Shown here: piece after piece, positions 27,881 to 39,188 of the stretch
How positions within the stretch are numbered: position 1 is the first letter of the stretch
Layout: every line of letters begins with the position of its first letter
DNA from: Candidatus Poribacteria bacterium
GTDB taxonomy: Bacteria > Poribacteria > WGA-4E > B28-G17
Direction of reading: 5' to 3'
DNA: 64,000 nucleotides
NCBI GenBank assembly: GCA_021162805.1
Contig: JAGGXZ010000036.1
Coordinates: 9,985-73,984 of the forward strand
Program-made: the position numbers and the translations under genes
Notes under the pieces: generated by a model
What the model was told of the DNA's origin: nothing
Seen by the model: only the letters and a program-made list of their open reading frames with translations
Database searches by the model: none

Positions 27881-27991
27881 CCGATCGGGAAACCAATACA
27901 GACGGAATCGACAGGGAGGATATCACATCCGCCGTTGAGCATGTCGGCTTTGGCTCCACATAGGACGGATGTCCACCAAAGGAGGTGCTTG

Positions 27992-30400
27992 ATGAAACCT
28001 TTAAACCTATTGCTGTTATTGCTGATCTCTTCATGGATGTTTGGAGCGTTATCATCAGCTTCAGGAATGCCCGGTGAGAACATCGCTAAGGGTAAGAGAT
28101 ATATGCTTTTCCCAAGGCCAAATTATCGGTATTGTACCGATCCAGGCGATAAGATCCAACTCACCGACGGAATCTATACAAAGGGGTATTTCTGGACACA
28201 AAGGAGCACGGTAGGTTGGGAGAAAGCCCATCCGGTTATCATCGTTATCGATCTCGATTCGATTCAGCCTATTAGCGGCGTTTCCTACAGCACCGCGGCG
28301 GGAACGGCAGGGGTGAATTGGCCGTCGATACTTATCCTCGTCAGCGATGATGGAAGAACCTACACCTATGTGGGTGATCTCATTGAGCTTTCGGCTGAGC
28401 ACGGAATGCCTGGGGTCAAAGGATATGCACGTCATCGCTTTTGGACGGATAAGCTTAGGACCCATGGCCGATACGTCGCTTTCATCGTAAACGGTAATGG
28501 ACCCTATGTGTTTGTCGACGAGATCGAGGTCTATCGCGGGCCGGATTCATTTTTGGAAGAGCCGTTGGTAGGGAAGAAAACGGATGACCTGAAACGATTT
28601 TTTCATGAACAGGAGATGATGCAGCTTGTGAAAAGAAGGCTACGGCTCGATCTCGCCGCCGTTCGTTCATCCCTCAAAGGCCTTCCAGAAAAGGGAAAAC
28701 TGGCCCGCGAGCTCGATGAGATCGGGAAGGAGATCAAAACGATGAGGGAAATCTCCGCGGAGGGGTTCAAAGCTGTCCTGCCTTTCAACGATCTACACCG
28801 TCGGATTTTCTCCGTGCAGGCGGCAATTTGGAGGGAGATGGGATTTCGCTCCATCGTCATCTGGAAGAAGAACCGATGGGATATGCTGAGTCCGACAGAA
28901 CCGCCCCGAGAGGGCGGGGCCGAAATTGAAGTGGCGATGATGAGGAACGAATACCGCGGGGCAGCTTTCAATATCAGCAACGCGGGTCCAGGTGAGGCGA
29001 AGCTTCGCCTTTCAATTATGGGCCTGCCTGGTGGCGTAAATCCGGATTATATCACCGTCCACGAGGTGCCGTTCACCGATACGAAATCCGGCATACCGGT
29101 TGCGGCGGCGTTGCCCCTGGCAAGGAAAAAGGGTCGATACTTCTATGTGGAGATACCTGAGGGTATGACACGACAGATCTGGCTTACCTTTCATCCTTCT
29201 AAGGATATGCCTTCAGGCGAATACACAGGTAAGATCGCGATTGAACCGACGGGAAACTCCGTGCCCATCCGATTGAAGGTGTATCCGTTTACGTTCCCCG
29301 ATCAGCCCACGCTGCATCTGGGAGGGTGGGACTACACGGATCGGGATCGCTCCTATGAAGTGACGCCGAAGAATCGAAAGGCCTTTATCAAACATCTCCA
29401 AAACCACTTCGTGGATACCCCTTGGGCGACAAGCAGTGTGATGCCGCGGGGGAAATACGATAAAAAGGGCGATATGATAGAGGAACCCTCGACCGAGAAC
29501 TTCCGGAGATGGATCGAACGATGGCCGAACGCCCGAAACTACTATGTGTTCCTCTCCGTTAGGAGGCGTTTTTCCGGGTTTGAAATGGGGACACCGGAGT
29601 TTGAAAACGCCGTATCTCAGTGGATAAGGTGGTGGGTGAAAACTCTGAGGGAATGGAATATCAAGCCAAAGCAGTTAGGTCTGCTGCTGGTAGATGAACC
29701 GAGCTCGCCTGAAAAAGATAGGATCATCATCGAATATGCCGGTGTTATCCAGAGGACAGAACCTGAGGTGGTCATCTGGGAGGATCCCACATGGAGGGAT
29801 CCATGGAAGGGGACGAGGGAGATGTTTGAGCTATGCGATGTGCTCTGCCCGAATATGGTGATGTGGATAAACGGCGGTGAAAGATTCGCCGATTTCTACA
29901 TAAAACAGCGGAAAGCGGGTAAGGAGCTGTGGTTCTATGCTTGCAGCGGCCCCGGCAAGCTGCTGGACCCCTACAGCTATCACCGAATGGAACCCTGGTT
30001 CTGCTGGAGATACGGCGCTAAAGGGGCAGGTTATTGGGCCTTCGGCGATTCCAACGGTGCCTCCTCATGGAACGAATACCTTTCCAGAATCGGCGCCTAC
30101 ACCCCTCTGTTCCTGGACGAAGACTCGGTCACGGCTGGCAAACATATGGAAGCTATCCGTGAGGGAATTGAAGATTACGAGTATCTCAGGATATTACGAG
30201 ATAGAATCGCTGAGCTGAAAGGAAAAGGGGTGAAGGTTAAAAGCCTCAACTCAGCCGAGAAGCTTCTGGAAACGGCCGCCAGACGTGTCACCGCATGTAT
30301 GACAAAGTCGAGCATGATCTACTGGAAGGAGCCGAAGGACCGTTCCGTCGCCGATAAGGTTCGAGTCGAAATACTTGAAGTGCTTCTTCTGCTCAGATAA
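27992..30400 (+). CDS. secreted hypothetical protein, glycoside-hydrolase-like (DUF4091-like C-terminal region)
   Basis: Signal peptide MKPLNLLLLLLISSWMFGALSSASG (ORF track start 27935 is an upstream extension); C-terminal …LWFYACSGPG…YWAFGD…KHMEAIREGIEDYEYL resembles GH-like DUF4091 proteins (from memory). Confidence 0.4.
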   Translation: MKPLNLLLLLLISSWMFGALSSASGMPGENIAKGKRYMLFPRPNYRYCTDPGDKIQLTDGIYTKGYFWTQRSTVGWEKAHPVIIVIDLDSIQPISGVSYSTAAGTAGVNWPSILILVSDDGRTYTYVGDLIELSAEHGMPGVKGYARHRFWTDKLRTHGRYVAFIVNGNGPYVFVDEIEVYRGPDSFLEEPLVGKKTDDLKRFFHEQEMMQLVKRRLRLDLAAVRSSLKGLPEKGKLARELDEIGKEIKTMREISAEGFKAVLPFNDLHRRIFSVQAAIWREMGFRSIVIWKKNRWDMLSPTEPPREGGAEIEVAMMRNEYRGAAFNISNAGPGEAKLRLSIMGLPGGVNPDYITVHEVPFTDTKSGIPVAAALPLARKKGRYFYVEIPEGMTRQIWLTFHPSKDMPSGEYTGKIAIEPTGNSVPIRLKVYPFTFPDQPTLHLGGWDYTDRDRSYEVTPKNRKAFIKHLQNHFVDTPWATSSVMPRGKYDKKGDMIEEPSTENFRRWIERWPNARNYYVFLSVRRRFSGFEMGTPEFENAVSQWIRWWVKTLREWNIKPKQLGLLLVDEPSSPEKDRIIIEYAGVIQRTEPEVVIWEDPTWRDPWKGTREMFELCDVLCPNMVMWINGGERFADFYIKQRKAGKELWFYACSGPGKLLDPYSYHRMEPWFCWRYGAKGAGYWAFGDSNGASSWNEYLSRIGAYTPLFLDEDSVTAGKHMEAIREGIEDYEYLRILRDRIAELKGKGVKVKSLNSAEKLLETAARRVTACMTKSSMIYWKEPKDRSVADKVRVEILEVLLLLR

Positions 30401-30441
30401 ACGCTCACATTATTAACGTTGGGATGTTTTCCCATCAATTA

Positions 30442-30465
30442 CTACGCTCAAGGGAATTCCGAGCG
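30442..30465. repeat. partial copy C of the conserved intergenic palindromic element (CTACGCTCAAGGGAATTCCGAGCG)
   Basis: Shares CTAC-CTCAAGGGAAT and terminal GAGCG with copies A/B; forms CGCTC-N11-GAGCG inverted repeat; sits between 821-aa gene stop and a truncated CocE/NonD remnant. Confidence 0.5.
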
Positions 30466-30500
30466 TGGATGAAAGGAAGGGAAGATGAGGAGGGCCGAAT

Positions 30501-31013
30501 TTGCTTATCCCTGCCGGTCCGATGGATCAAAGTGAGCTTGAAAAGAAGCCGGACGTTCTCGTATTCCAGACGGAATCCTTAGAGGAACCCGTTCAGGTGA
30601 TAGGAAGGATCACGGTTAAACTTTGGGCCAGCTCATCATGTGTGGATACCGACTTCGTGGCGAAGCTGATGGACGTCTACCCTGACGGGCGATCGATGCT
30701 CATAGCAGACGGCATCATAAGAGGTCGATTCAGAAGATCGTTGAGCAGAGAGGAGTTGCTTGAACCCGGGGCCATATATGAGTTCGACATAGATCTCTGG
30801 TCGACAGCGATAATCTTCAACAAAGGTCATCGGATCAAACTCCATATCACCAGTAGCAATTACCCGCGCTTCGATATCAATCCGAACACCGGTCAGGATT
30901 ATCATGAGGGATACGAGATGAAGGTGGCCGAAAACACCATCTATCACGACAAAAATCACCCATCACATATCCTGTTGCCGATTGTACCTCTGGAGAGGAA
31001 GGATGGAAGATGA
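30501..31013 (+). pseudogene. remnant of a CocE/NonD-family hydrolase: only the C-terminal beta-sandwich (X-Pro dipeptidyl-peptidase C-terminal) domain is present
   Basis: 170 aa starting at TTG; …ITVKLWASSSCVDTDFVAKLMDVYPDGRSMLIADGIIRGRFR… and HITSSNYPRFDINPNTGQ are hallmarks of the CocE/NonD C-terminal domain; the ~350-aa alpha/beta-hydrolase catalytic domain is absent. Confidence 0.6.
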
Positions 31014-31046
31014 GCTAAGAGCCCGAAATCGGGCTCTTGGTTACAC

Positions 31047-31871
31047 TTATATCATGTTAAACGCCTCTATCGCCTTATGATACTCCCCCTTAGCCAGGGC
31101 CAATACGCCTTTCCAGTAGTTTTCATCGGCCATCGCTCCACGTTTATGGGTTTCCAATGTTCTAAGATGTGCGGCGCAGGCTGTGATGAACCGTGATCTC
31201 TCCCTCGGACTGAGCTCCAACAGGGTTTTAGCCGCTGAGGAAAGCCTCTCGATGATGAGATCGCATACCTTCTCGCCCAATTCCCTTGAAGCGTGAACCC
31301 TTGGATCCTCACCACCGACGCCGTCCATCGGTGTCCCCGGCGGCTCAGCCTCCTTCATCTCCACCAGATCCGGAATGAGATACATCATGATCGATGTCTC
31401 CCATTTCGCGGCGTGATCTCCCCTATAGCCTATGTCACAGGCGGCCTCATACTCAGGCATGGCATAGATACACATCCCACTTCGATACATCACCTCCAGC
31501 GCAGCCCTTTTGATCTGGTAAACCTGCTCAAATCCGTAATGTCCTGTAACGGCTATGATTACCCTGAAGCCGACATGCCCCATTTGTTCGAAGATCGATA
31601 CTGCCAGATCGTGTATCAGATCTTCCGACATTCTCACTGTCCAAGGATGAGGCATACCGCCTATGGGCCAGAAGGTGGCCGGCGTTACCACCCCTCCGCC
31701 CTTTTGAGCTGCCCTGATGCAGAGCTCCCAGGCTTTAACCGCATCCAGGCCCAGAGGATTATGATATCCGTGCCATTCCAGACTGCCAAAGGGTGTATAC
31801 ACCACTGGGAATTCCTTGAACCTTGCTTCGATCTCCCTTGGTCTCAGCCTTTCCCAACGCACTTCCTCCAT
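31047..31871 (-). CDS. creatininase-family (creatinine amidohydrolase-like) protein
   Basis: 274 aa; VVYTPFGSLEWHGYHNPLGLDAVKA matches the creatininase metal-binding region (S-x-E-x-H-G-x-H-x-P-L-G-x-D). Confidence 0.55.
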   Translation of the reverse strand: MEEVRWERLRPREIEARFKEFPVVYTPFGSLEWHGYHNPLGLDAVKAWELCIRAAQKGGGVVTPATFWPIGGMPHPWTVRMSEDLIHDLAVSIFEQMGHVGFRVIIAVTGHYGFEQVYQIKRAALEVMYRSGMCIYAMPEYEAACDIGYRGDHAAKWETSIMMYLIPDLVEMKEAEPPGTPMDGVGGEDPRVHASRELGEKVCDLIIERLSSAAKTLLELSPRERSRFITACAAHLRTLETHKRGAMADENYWKGVLALAKGEYHKAIEAFNMI

Positions 31872-32053
31872 CTGAAAGACCTCCTTTTCCCTTGAGTGAG
31901 ATCACTTAGCAGCATATTTATACCATAGATTAACGGACAAGTCGATACAAATTTCTCATACACCCCGATGTCTCTTAGCTCTTGATATATCTCCCGATGT
32001 TAGGTTATAATCAAGTTGAGCGAAAGAGGAGATAAAAGTCCACATTTTAAGGC

Positions 32054-32806
32054 ATGAGGCCAAGGATGAAACTGGATGTGATCTTTTGTCCATCTGAGGT
32101 GGAAGCGATCAAGTTAAGGGGCAAGGTGGCAGTTGTGGTGGATGTGCTTAGGGCCACCAGCACCATCGTCACGGCGGTAGCCAACGGCGCGCGGTGTGTT
32201 ATCCCTTTCCTTTCGCCCGAAGAAGCCCTCAAGGCCAAGAGATCCGATCCGAGGGGGATTCTGGCATGCGGCGAGAGGGAGGGGAAAGCGGTCGAGGGGT
32301 TCGATCTGGGAAATTCGCCGCTCGAATACAAACCCGAAAGAATACGGGGGAAGATCGTGGCGCTCACCACAACCAACGGAACCAGAACCTTGAAACTGTG
32401 TGCTTCAAAGGGGGCTTCCAGGATATTTGCCGGTTCGTTCCTCAACCTCTCGGCGTTGTGTCAAAGGGCGATCAGGCTCGGCGATGAGATCGTCATGCTC
32501 TGCTCCGGCAAGGAGGGCAGATTCGGCCTTGAGGATGCCGTGTTCGCCGGGTTTTGCGTCTTTAAGCTCGAGGGACTCTCACGAGGCGTGGAGATATCCG
32601 ATTCAGCCCTCGCTGCCAGAGGTTTGGCCGAGGAGTTCAGCGATATCGTCGGGATGTTCCTCAGATCGGAACATGGGCGATACTTGGCGAGGATAGGATT
32701 TGAGGAGGATCTGCGCTTTTGCGCTAAAATCGATCTCTTTGACGTCGTTCCGGAATACATGGTAGAAGAAAACTGTCTGAGGGAAAACGATGAAGGTAAG
32801 CGTTGA
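32054..32806 (+). CDS. comB: 2-phosphosulfolactate phosphatase (ComB) family protein
   Basis: 250 aa; [15 protein letters not shown]… and GEREG… blocks of ComB family. Confidence 0.7.
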   Translation: MRPRMKLDVIFCPSEVEAIKLRGKVAVVVDVLRATSTIVTAVANGARCVIPFLSPEEALKAKRSDPRGILACGEREGKAVEGFDLGNSPLEYKPERIRGKIVALTTTNGTRTLKLCASKGASRIFAGSFLNLSALCQRAIRLGDEIVMLCSGKEGRFGLEDAVFAGFCVFKLEGLSRGVEISDSALAARGLAEEFSDIVGMFLRSEHGRYLARIGFEEDLRFCAKIDLFDVVPEYMVEENCLRENDEGKR

Positions 32807-34013
32807 CCAACAGATCGAAATCATAAAACGTGGTGCGGTGGAGATAATATCGGAGGAAGAACTCCGGATGAAACTTGAAAGGGCGCAGAAGGAGGGACGT
32901 CCGCTCAGGGTGAAGTTGGGGCTCGATCCCACAGCGCCCGATATCCACCTCGGTTCGGCGGTCGTGTTGAGGAAGTTGAGACAATTCCAGGATCTGGGCC
33001 ATGAGGCGATCATCGTCATCGGCGATTTCACCGCCATGATAGGCGACCCCAGCGGTCGATCCAAGACCAGACCCCAGCTCTCCGAGGAAGAGGTCAAGAG
33101 GAACGCCAGGACATACGAGGAGCAGTATTGTAAGATCCTCGATCCCGAAAAGACCAAGGTGGTCTTCAACAGCCAATGGTTGGGAAAGATGAACTTCGCC
33201 GACGTGATCAGGTTGGCCGCTAAAACCACGGTCGCCAGAGTTCTAGAAAGGGACGATTTTCAAAGCAGATTTGAGAACGAGCTGCCGATAGGGCTACACG
33301 AGATACTCTACCCACTGTGCCAGGCCTACGATTCGGTTGTGCTGGAGGCGGACGTGGAGATGGGGGGAACCGATCAGAAGTTCAACAACCTGATGGGAAG
33401 GGATCTACAGAGGGCTTTCGGCCAGGAACCGCAGGTCGTGCTCCTGATGCCCCTTCTCGTCGGCCTGGACGGCAGGGAGAAGATGAGCAAATCGCTTGGG
33501 AACTATGTCGGCATAGAGGAGCCGCCGTTTGAGATGTACGGCAAGATCATGTCCATACCGGATGAGCTGATGATCGATTACTTCGTGTTGACGACTGACG
33601 TGCCGATGCAGGAGATCCGTCGGATAGAGGAGGGACTGAAGGAGGGAACGATACATCCCAAAGAGGCCAAGAAGAGGCTGGCGAGGGAGATCGTAACGAT
33701 GTATCATTCAGCCGAGGCTGCCCGGAAGGCGGAGGAGGAGTTCGAGAGGGTTTTCGCCCAAAAGGAAATGCCCAGCGAGATGCCTGAACTCAAGATATCC
33801 TCCTCTGAGCTCAAGGAAGGTAAGATCTGGTCCGTCAAGCTGCTCGTTATGGCCGGTATAGCTAAAAGCAACCGAGAGGCCAGAAACTTGATACTTCAGG
33901 GGGCGATGCGGTTGGATGGCAAGAGAATCAGCTCCCCGGACGATGTGCCGATCAGGGACGGTTCGATTTTGAAGGTAGGTAGAAAGTTCGCAAGGATTAA
34001 AATAGCAGATTAG
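32790..34013 (+). CDS. tyrS: tyrosine--tRNA ligase
   Basis: 407 aa; HIGH-region variant ([11 protein letters not shown]), KMSKS, C-terminal S4-like domain; 17-nt overlap with comB. Confidence 0.9.
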   Translation: MKVSVDQQIEIIKRGAVEIISEEELRMKLERAQKEGRPLRVKLGLDPTAPDIHLGSAVVLRKLRQFQDLGHEAIIVIGDFTAMIGDPSGRSKTRPQLSEEEVKRNARTYEEQYCKILDPEKTKVVFNSQWLGKMNFADVIRLAAKTTVARVLERDDFQSRFENELPIGLHEILYPLCQAYDSVVLEADVEMGGTDQKFNNLMGRDLQRAFGQEPQVVLLMPLLVGLDGREKMSKSLGNYVGIEEPPFEMYGKIMSIPDELMIDYFVLTTDVPMQEIRRIEEGLKEGTIHPKEAKKRLAREIVTMYHSAEAARKAEEEFERVFAQKEMPSEMPELKISSSELKEGKIWSVKLLVMAGIAKSNREARNLILQGAMRLDGKRISSPDDVPIRDGSILKVGRKFARIKIAD

Positions 34014-34080
34014 CTTTTTAGCAAGTGGCTCGGGACTATAAATGACTATTCGCTTAAAATCGGCTGAAATCCGATAGGAG

Positions 34081-34881
34081 GTGTGTAGGATGCAGATCTT
34101 CAAGCCCGTTGGAGAGAAAGAGGTTACCAGGGCCATAGTGGATTCCTTCATGAGACAGTTCCACGAATATGCCGAAAGCGACGTGATAATCGTCGGGGCA
34201 GGCCCCAGCGGCCTGATGACGGGTAAGGAACTGGCCGCCGCGGGGGTTAAGGTCTTGATCGTCGAGAGGAACAACTACCTCGGCGGAGGTTTCTGGATCG
34301 GCGGATACCTGATGAACAAGGTTACCGTCAGAGAGCCCGCTAACGAGATATTGGATGAGCTGGGTGTGCCGTACGAGAGGTTCTCCCCCGGCCTCTATGT
34401 AGCCGATGGCCCACATGCCTGTTCCAAGCTCATAGCGGCAGCCTGTGACGCCGGGGTGAAGTTCGCCAACATGACCAAGGTGGATGATGTGGTTCTGAGG
34501 GAAAACGGAAGGGTCGCCGGAGTCGTCATCAACTGGACCCCTATCTCCGCTTTGCCCCGTGAGATCACATGCGTCGATCCCGTGGCGATAGAGTCGAAGC
34601 TTGTCGTGGACGCCACGGGTCACGACGCGGAGGTGGTCTCAAAGCTGGAGGAGCGCGGGCTGATCAAGAAGGCCGGCACAGGAGCCATGTGGGTGGAACA
34701 GTCCGAGGATCTGCTGGTGGAACACACAGGCGAGGCGCATCCCGGGTTGATCGTGACCGGTATGTCAGTGGTGGCGCTTTATGGGCTGCCGAGGATGGGG
34801 CCAACCTTCGGGGCGATGCTGGTGTCGGGCAAACGGGCGGCCGAGATCTGCCTTGAAAAACTCAGGGAGATGAAAGGGTGA
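34081..34881 (+). CDS. thi4: thiamine thiazole synthase, Thi4 (archaeal/eukaryotic type)
   Basis: [11 protein letters not shown] dinucleotide-binding motif; overall collinear with Thi4; start probably MQIFKP (~34090). Confidence 0.8.
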   Translation: MCRMQIFKPVGEKEVTRAIVDSFMRQFHEYAESDVIIVGAGPSGLMTGKELAAAGVKVLIVERNNYLGGGFWIGGYLMNKVTVREPANEILDELGVPYERFSPGLYVADGPHACSKLIAAACDAGVKFANMTKVDDVVLRENGRVAGVVINWTPISALPREITCVDPVAIESKLVVDATGHDAEVVSKLEERGLIKKAGTGAMWVEQSEDLLVEHTGEAHPGLIVTGMSVVALYGLPRMGPTFGAMLVSGKRAAEICLEKLREMKG

Positions 34882-35729
34882 GGAGAATCCTCCTCTATGA
34901 CGATCCGGCCACCACGAATTTGAACTTATCCGAGATAGCTCTGTATCTCCGCGGGAAACTCCCGGGATTTGAGATCGAACGCAGGGGAAATTTCTTCGAA
35001 TACCACCTCGAGAGGCTGGATCGGTCGGAGAGGGAAGGGAAGATCGATCAGCTCGCCCGAGGGATCGCCTCGTGCAGAATCAGAAACCTGATGAGGCCGA
35101 ACGACCAGATCGGTTTCGAGCCGCTCTACGGCGAGATGCAGTTCGAGAGGAGGGGTATCCTGCACCCCTCCCGAAAACCTTTCGGGATACTCTATGACGG
35201 TTACGATCTCGCTAAAATTCTATACGGATTGATTCCCTCCGATGAGAGGGAATTCGACAACTTCCACCTGATATTCACCAATCAGCTTCTCGGGACGTGG
35301 TCCACGGAGGATGGAAGGTATCACGCCAGGGTGATAATCCTTTCCGTTCCCTGTCTGATCTCCACGACGGGTGTGGTGGAGGCGCCCGCCAAGCCGAGGG
35401 AGTTTTACAGGCTTAAACACGCCCTTCAATCCCTCTCAGGGGGTCAGGTGGATTATCCGCTTTATCTGGAGCTGAAGGGGAAGTTCGCCGATAGGTTCAT
35501 AGATCACGGCGATGAGAGGCTGACGGAGGTGTTGAAGGGATATGCGATGCAGGCCGTTTTCTATCACTTCTTCGGCGAGCCGTTCTGCGACGATCCGGAT
35601 TGCAAACTGTTCAACGCACACTGGCAGGAGGAGATGATAAGGGCGCAGCTCAGATCGGAGAAGGAGCTCTGTCGGAGGCACGAGAGGATATTGATCTCCT
35701 TAAAGGCCTTTAAACTGCGGAGCTCATAG
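34878..35729 (+). CDS. hypothetical protein with C-terminal archaemetzincin-like Cys/His zinc-ribbon motif (H-x2-G-x3-C-x4-C-x-L … C-x2-H) but no HExxH
   Basis: …[47 protein letters not shown]…; 4-nt overlap with thi4. Confidence 0.45.
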   Translation: MRRILLYDDPATTNLNLSEIALYLRGKLPGFEIERRGNFFEYHLERLDRSEREGKIDQLARGIASCRIRNLMRPNDQIGFEPLYGEMQFERRGILHPSRKPFGILYDGYDLAKILYGLIPSDEREFDNFHLIFTNQLLGTWSTEDGRYHARVIILSVPCLISTTGVVEAPAKPREFYRLKHALQSLSGGQVDYPLYLELKGKFADRFIDHGDERLTEVLKGYAMQAVFYHFFGEPFCDDPDCKLFNAHWQEEMIRAQLRSEKELCRRHERILISLKAFKLRSS

Positions 35730-35769
35730 CAGCAGATTGAGCTCTGACCTCCTTTCCCTCAAAGATCTT

Positions 35770-36324
35770 TCACACCGTGAAAAGCATCTTGAACCCCAAA
35801 CCGATCAGCACCATTCCTCCCAGCACCTCCATTCTCCTGCCAAAGAGGGAGGAGAGATGATGTCCTATTCTCACGCCCGCCATGCTCATCGTCGCCGCCA
35901 CCAGACCGATGATGGCACACGGGACAAGCAGGTTTGTCCCGAGTATCCCCATCCCCACCCCCGCGCCCAGCGCGTCCACGCTGGTGGCTATCGAAAGGAG
36001 TATCAACGTCCAGCCCTTCGTCCTATCGCGTGTCGGTTTTTCCTCGTCTTCAGTTTTAAACGCCTCGTAGATCATCTTGGCGCCGATTCCCCCGAGCAGC
36101 AGGAAGACGACCCAGTGATCGTATCTCTGTATCACGCCGACCAGGTTTTTGCCCACCAGCCATCCGATTATAGGCATCGTGAACTGGAAGAGTCCGAAGT
36201 GAAAGCTCAGCCTTATTGAGCCGCGCAAGCTGGTTCCCGATGATCCTATCCCCAAGGCCACCGAGAAGGCATCCATCCCCAGGGCGACGGCGAGGGCCAG
36301 CGTCTCCCAGATCCTCATCTTCAC
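35770..36324 (-). CDS. mntP: manganese efflux pump MntP (DUF204)
   Basis: 184 aa, two DUF204 repeats (LGMDAFSVALGIG… / SVDALGAGVGMG…), about 6 TM helices. Confidence 0.8.
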   Translation of the reverse strand: MKMRIWETLALAVALGMDAFSVALGIGSSGTSLRGSIRLSFHFGLFQFTMPIIGWLVGKNLVGVIQRYDHWVVFLLLGGIGAKMIYEAFKTEDEEKPTRDRTKGWTLILLSIATSVDALGAGVGMGILGTNLLVPCAIIGLVAATMSMAGVRIGHHLSSLFGRRMEVLGGMVLIGLGFKMLFTV

Positions 36325-37295
36325 CAGGAGAAGTAAGTCGGTACCGGTCTGTTCTCTTTCGCCGATCTGTTCGCTGCCAAAGTGACGTCCAGGGTCTTGA
36401 GGGCGTCTATGTAGGGGGATTTAATGCCCGATGGATCGCCCCTCCTGACGGCGTCTATGAAGGCCTCGTCTATGGACGGCTCCTCTCTGGGGGTAAAGGT
36501 CACCCCGGCATCCTCGGGATAAACCCGCGGCTCCCTGCCCCTTACCTCGATCCTCATGCCCTCAATGTAGATATCATAGCCGCCTCTGCCGGGGATGTTG
36601 GTGCAGCTTGAGGCGATGTAACCTAAAGCGCCGTTGGCGAATTGGAGGGTTAAGATCTGAAGGTCGGGTATCGTCACCTCAGGCGTGTGTTTGTGAACCT
36701 GAAGGGCGTATCTGGCATAGACCTCCCTGACATCCCCGACCCAATATCTCAGCAGATCCACCTGATGGGTGGTCTGCTCGACCAACTGGCCGCCCGAGCG
36801 TTCCATCATATGCCACCACCTTTTAGGGATTATCATGCTCCCCCATCTTTCGGCGACCGCCATGGCGATGTTCTTATCCTGGAGGAACTCCCTGATGGCC
36901 TCGACATAGGGGCCGTATCTGAGCTGATATCCCACACAGCTTATCACACCGTTCCTCTCGATCGCCTCCCATATCTGTATCCCCTTCTCCAAGGTCAAAG
37001 CGACGGGCTTTTCGACGAAGAGGTGGATCTTCTTCTCGGCGGCTCTGATCTCGGCGTCATAATGTGCGAACGGAGGCACGCTGACATATACGGCGTCCAT
37101 CTCGACCTCATCTATCATCCTGCGGTAGTCGGTATAGGCTTTGGCGCCGTATCTCCCGGCGGCCTCAGCGGCACGGGACTCGTTCAGGTCGCATATGGCG
37201 ACTATCTGCGTGCCTTCGATCTGGCTCACCCTGTTCATGTGACCGCTGGCGTTTCCCCCAGCGCCTATAAATCCCACCTTGACGACATCGAGCAT
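36321..37295 (-). CDS. Gfo/Idh/MocA-family NAD(P)-dependent oxidoreductase
   Basis: Rossmann start MLDVVKVGFIGAGG…(ORF track extends to 37367); EKP motif (FVEKPVAL); 4-nt overlap with mntP. Confidence 0.85.
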   Translation of the reverse strand: MLDVVKVGFIGAGGNASGHMNRVSQIEGTQIVAICDLNESRAAEAAGRYGAKAYTDYRRMIDEVEMDAVYVSVPPFAHYDAEIRAAEKKIHLFVEKPVALTLEKGIQIWEAIERNGVISCVGYQLRYGPYVEAIREFLQDKNIAMAVAERWGSMIIPKRWWHMMERSGGQLVEQTTHQVDLLRYWVGDVREVYARYALQVHKHTPEVTIPDLQILTLQFANGALGYIASSCTNIPGRGGYDIYIEGMRIEVRGREPRVYPEDAGVTFTPREEPSIDEAFIDAVRRGDPSGIKSPYIDALKTLDVTLAANRSAKENRPVPTYFSW

Positions 37296-37363
37296 CTCAA
37301 ATCCCTCCTTGAAAGCCGGATTGAACAGCAATAGTATACATCCCACTCCGACTTGAGTCAACT

Positions 37364-37770
37364 TCAATATCCCACGGCACAGCCATCTCTCCTATGATCG
37401 GAACCGCCGTGCAGCGATCCCGTCTCGGGATCTATGAAGATCGCTTGGCCTCCGCCGAAGAAGGTGTTGGGGGGAAGAAGTTTATGTCCGCGCCTTTCAA
37501 GCTCACGGGCGACCTCCTCGGTTATGCCCTCCTCCAATGCGATCGACCCGCCTCCCATGTATCTGAACCTCGGCGCGTCTATGGCGTCCTGGACGTTCAT
37601 ATCGAAGTCGACCAGGTTGCATACCACCTGTAGATGGCCCTGAGGCTACATGTCGCCGTCCATCAACACCTTTAACCCCACAAGCGCCGCCACCGGTTGG
37701 CTCGTCGCCACCATCCCGTTTCGGCATATGACGGCGGATCGGGTTTTGAAGCTCTCAAACCTCTTGAACA

Positions 37771-37771
<1 letters not shown>
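37364..37771 (-). pseudogene. ggt: gamma-glutamyltransferase (GGT) remnant: N-terminal ~41 codons and C-terminal ~90 codons joined in frame by a ~440-codon internal deletion, with a TAG at the junction
   Basis: MFKRFESFKTRSAVICRNGMVATSQPVAALVGLKVLMDGDM*PQGHLQVVCNLVDFDMNVQDAIDAPRFRYM…GGSDHRRDGCAVGY*; N-part matches GGT residues ~30-60 (GMVAS…GVDILKEGGNAVD), C-part matches the GGT C-terminus (…IDYGLNVAEATNAPRFHHQ…SDPRSVDDLTAGY); ATG overlaps stop of upstream regulator (TGATG). Confidence 0.65.
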
Positions 37772-39150
<1,379 letters not shown>

Positions 39151-39188
39151 TTTCGCCCACCCCGTGAAAAGTAGTCATTTGTTGTCAT

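Noticed and set aside
34014-34080. Possible TPP riboswitch in front of thi4
   Set aside because: Leader is only ~67 nt and lacks the CUGAGA and ACCUGAUCUGGAUAAUGCCAGCG core elements.
36325-36420. Possible yybP-ykoY Mn riboswitch upstream of mntP
   Set aside because: mntP start overlaps the upstream Gfo/Idh/MocA gene by 4 nt; there is no leader to hold a riboswitch.
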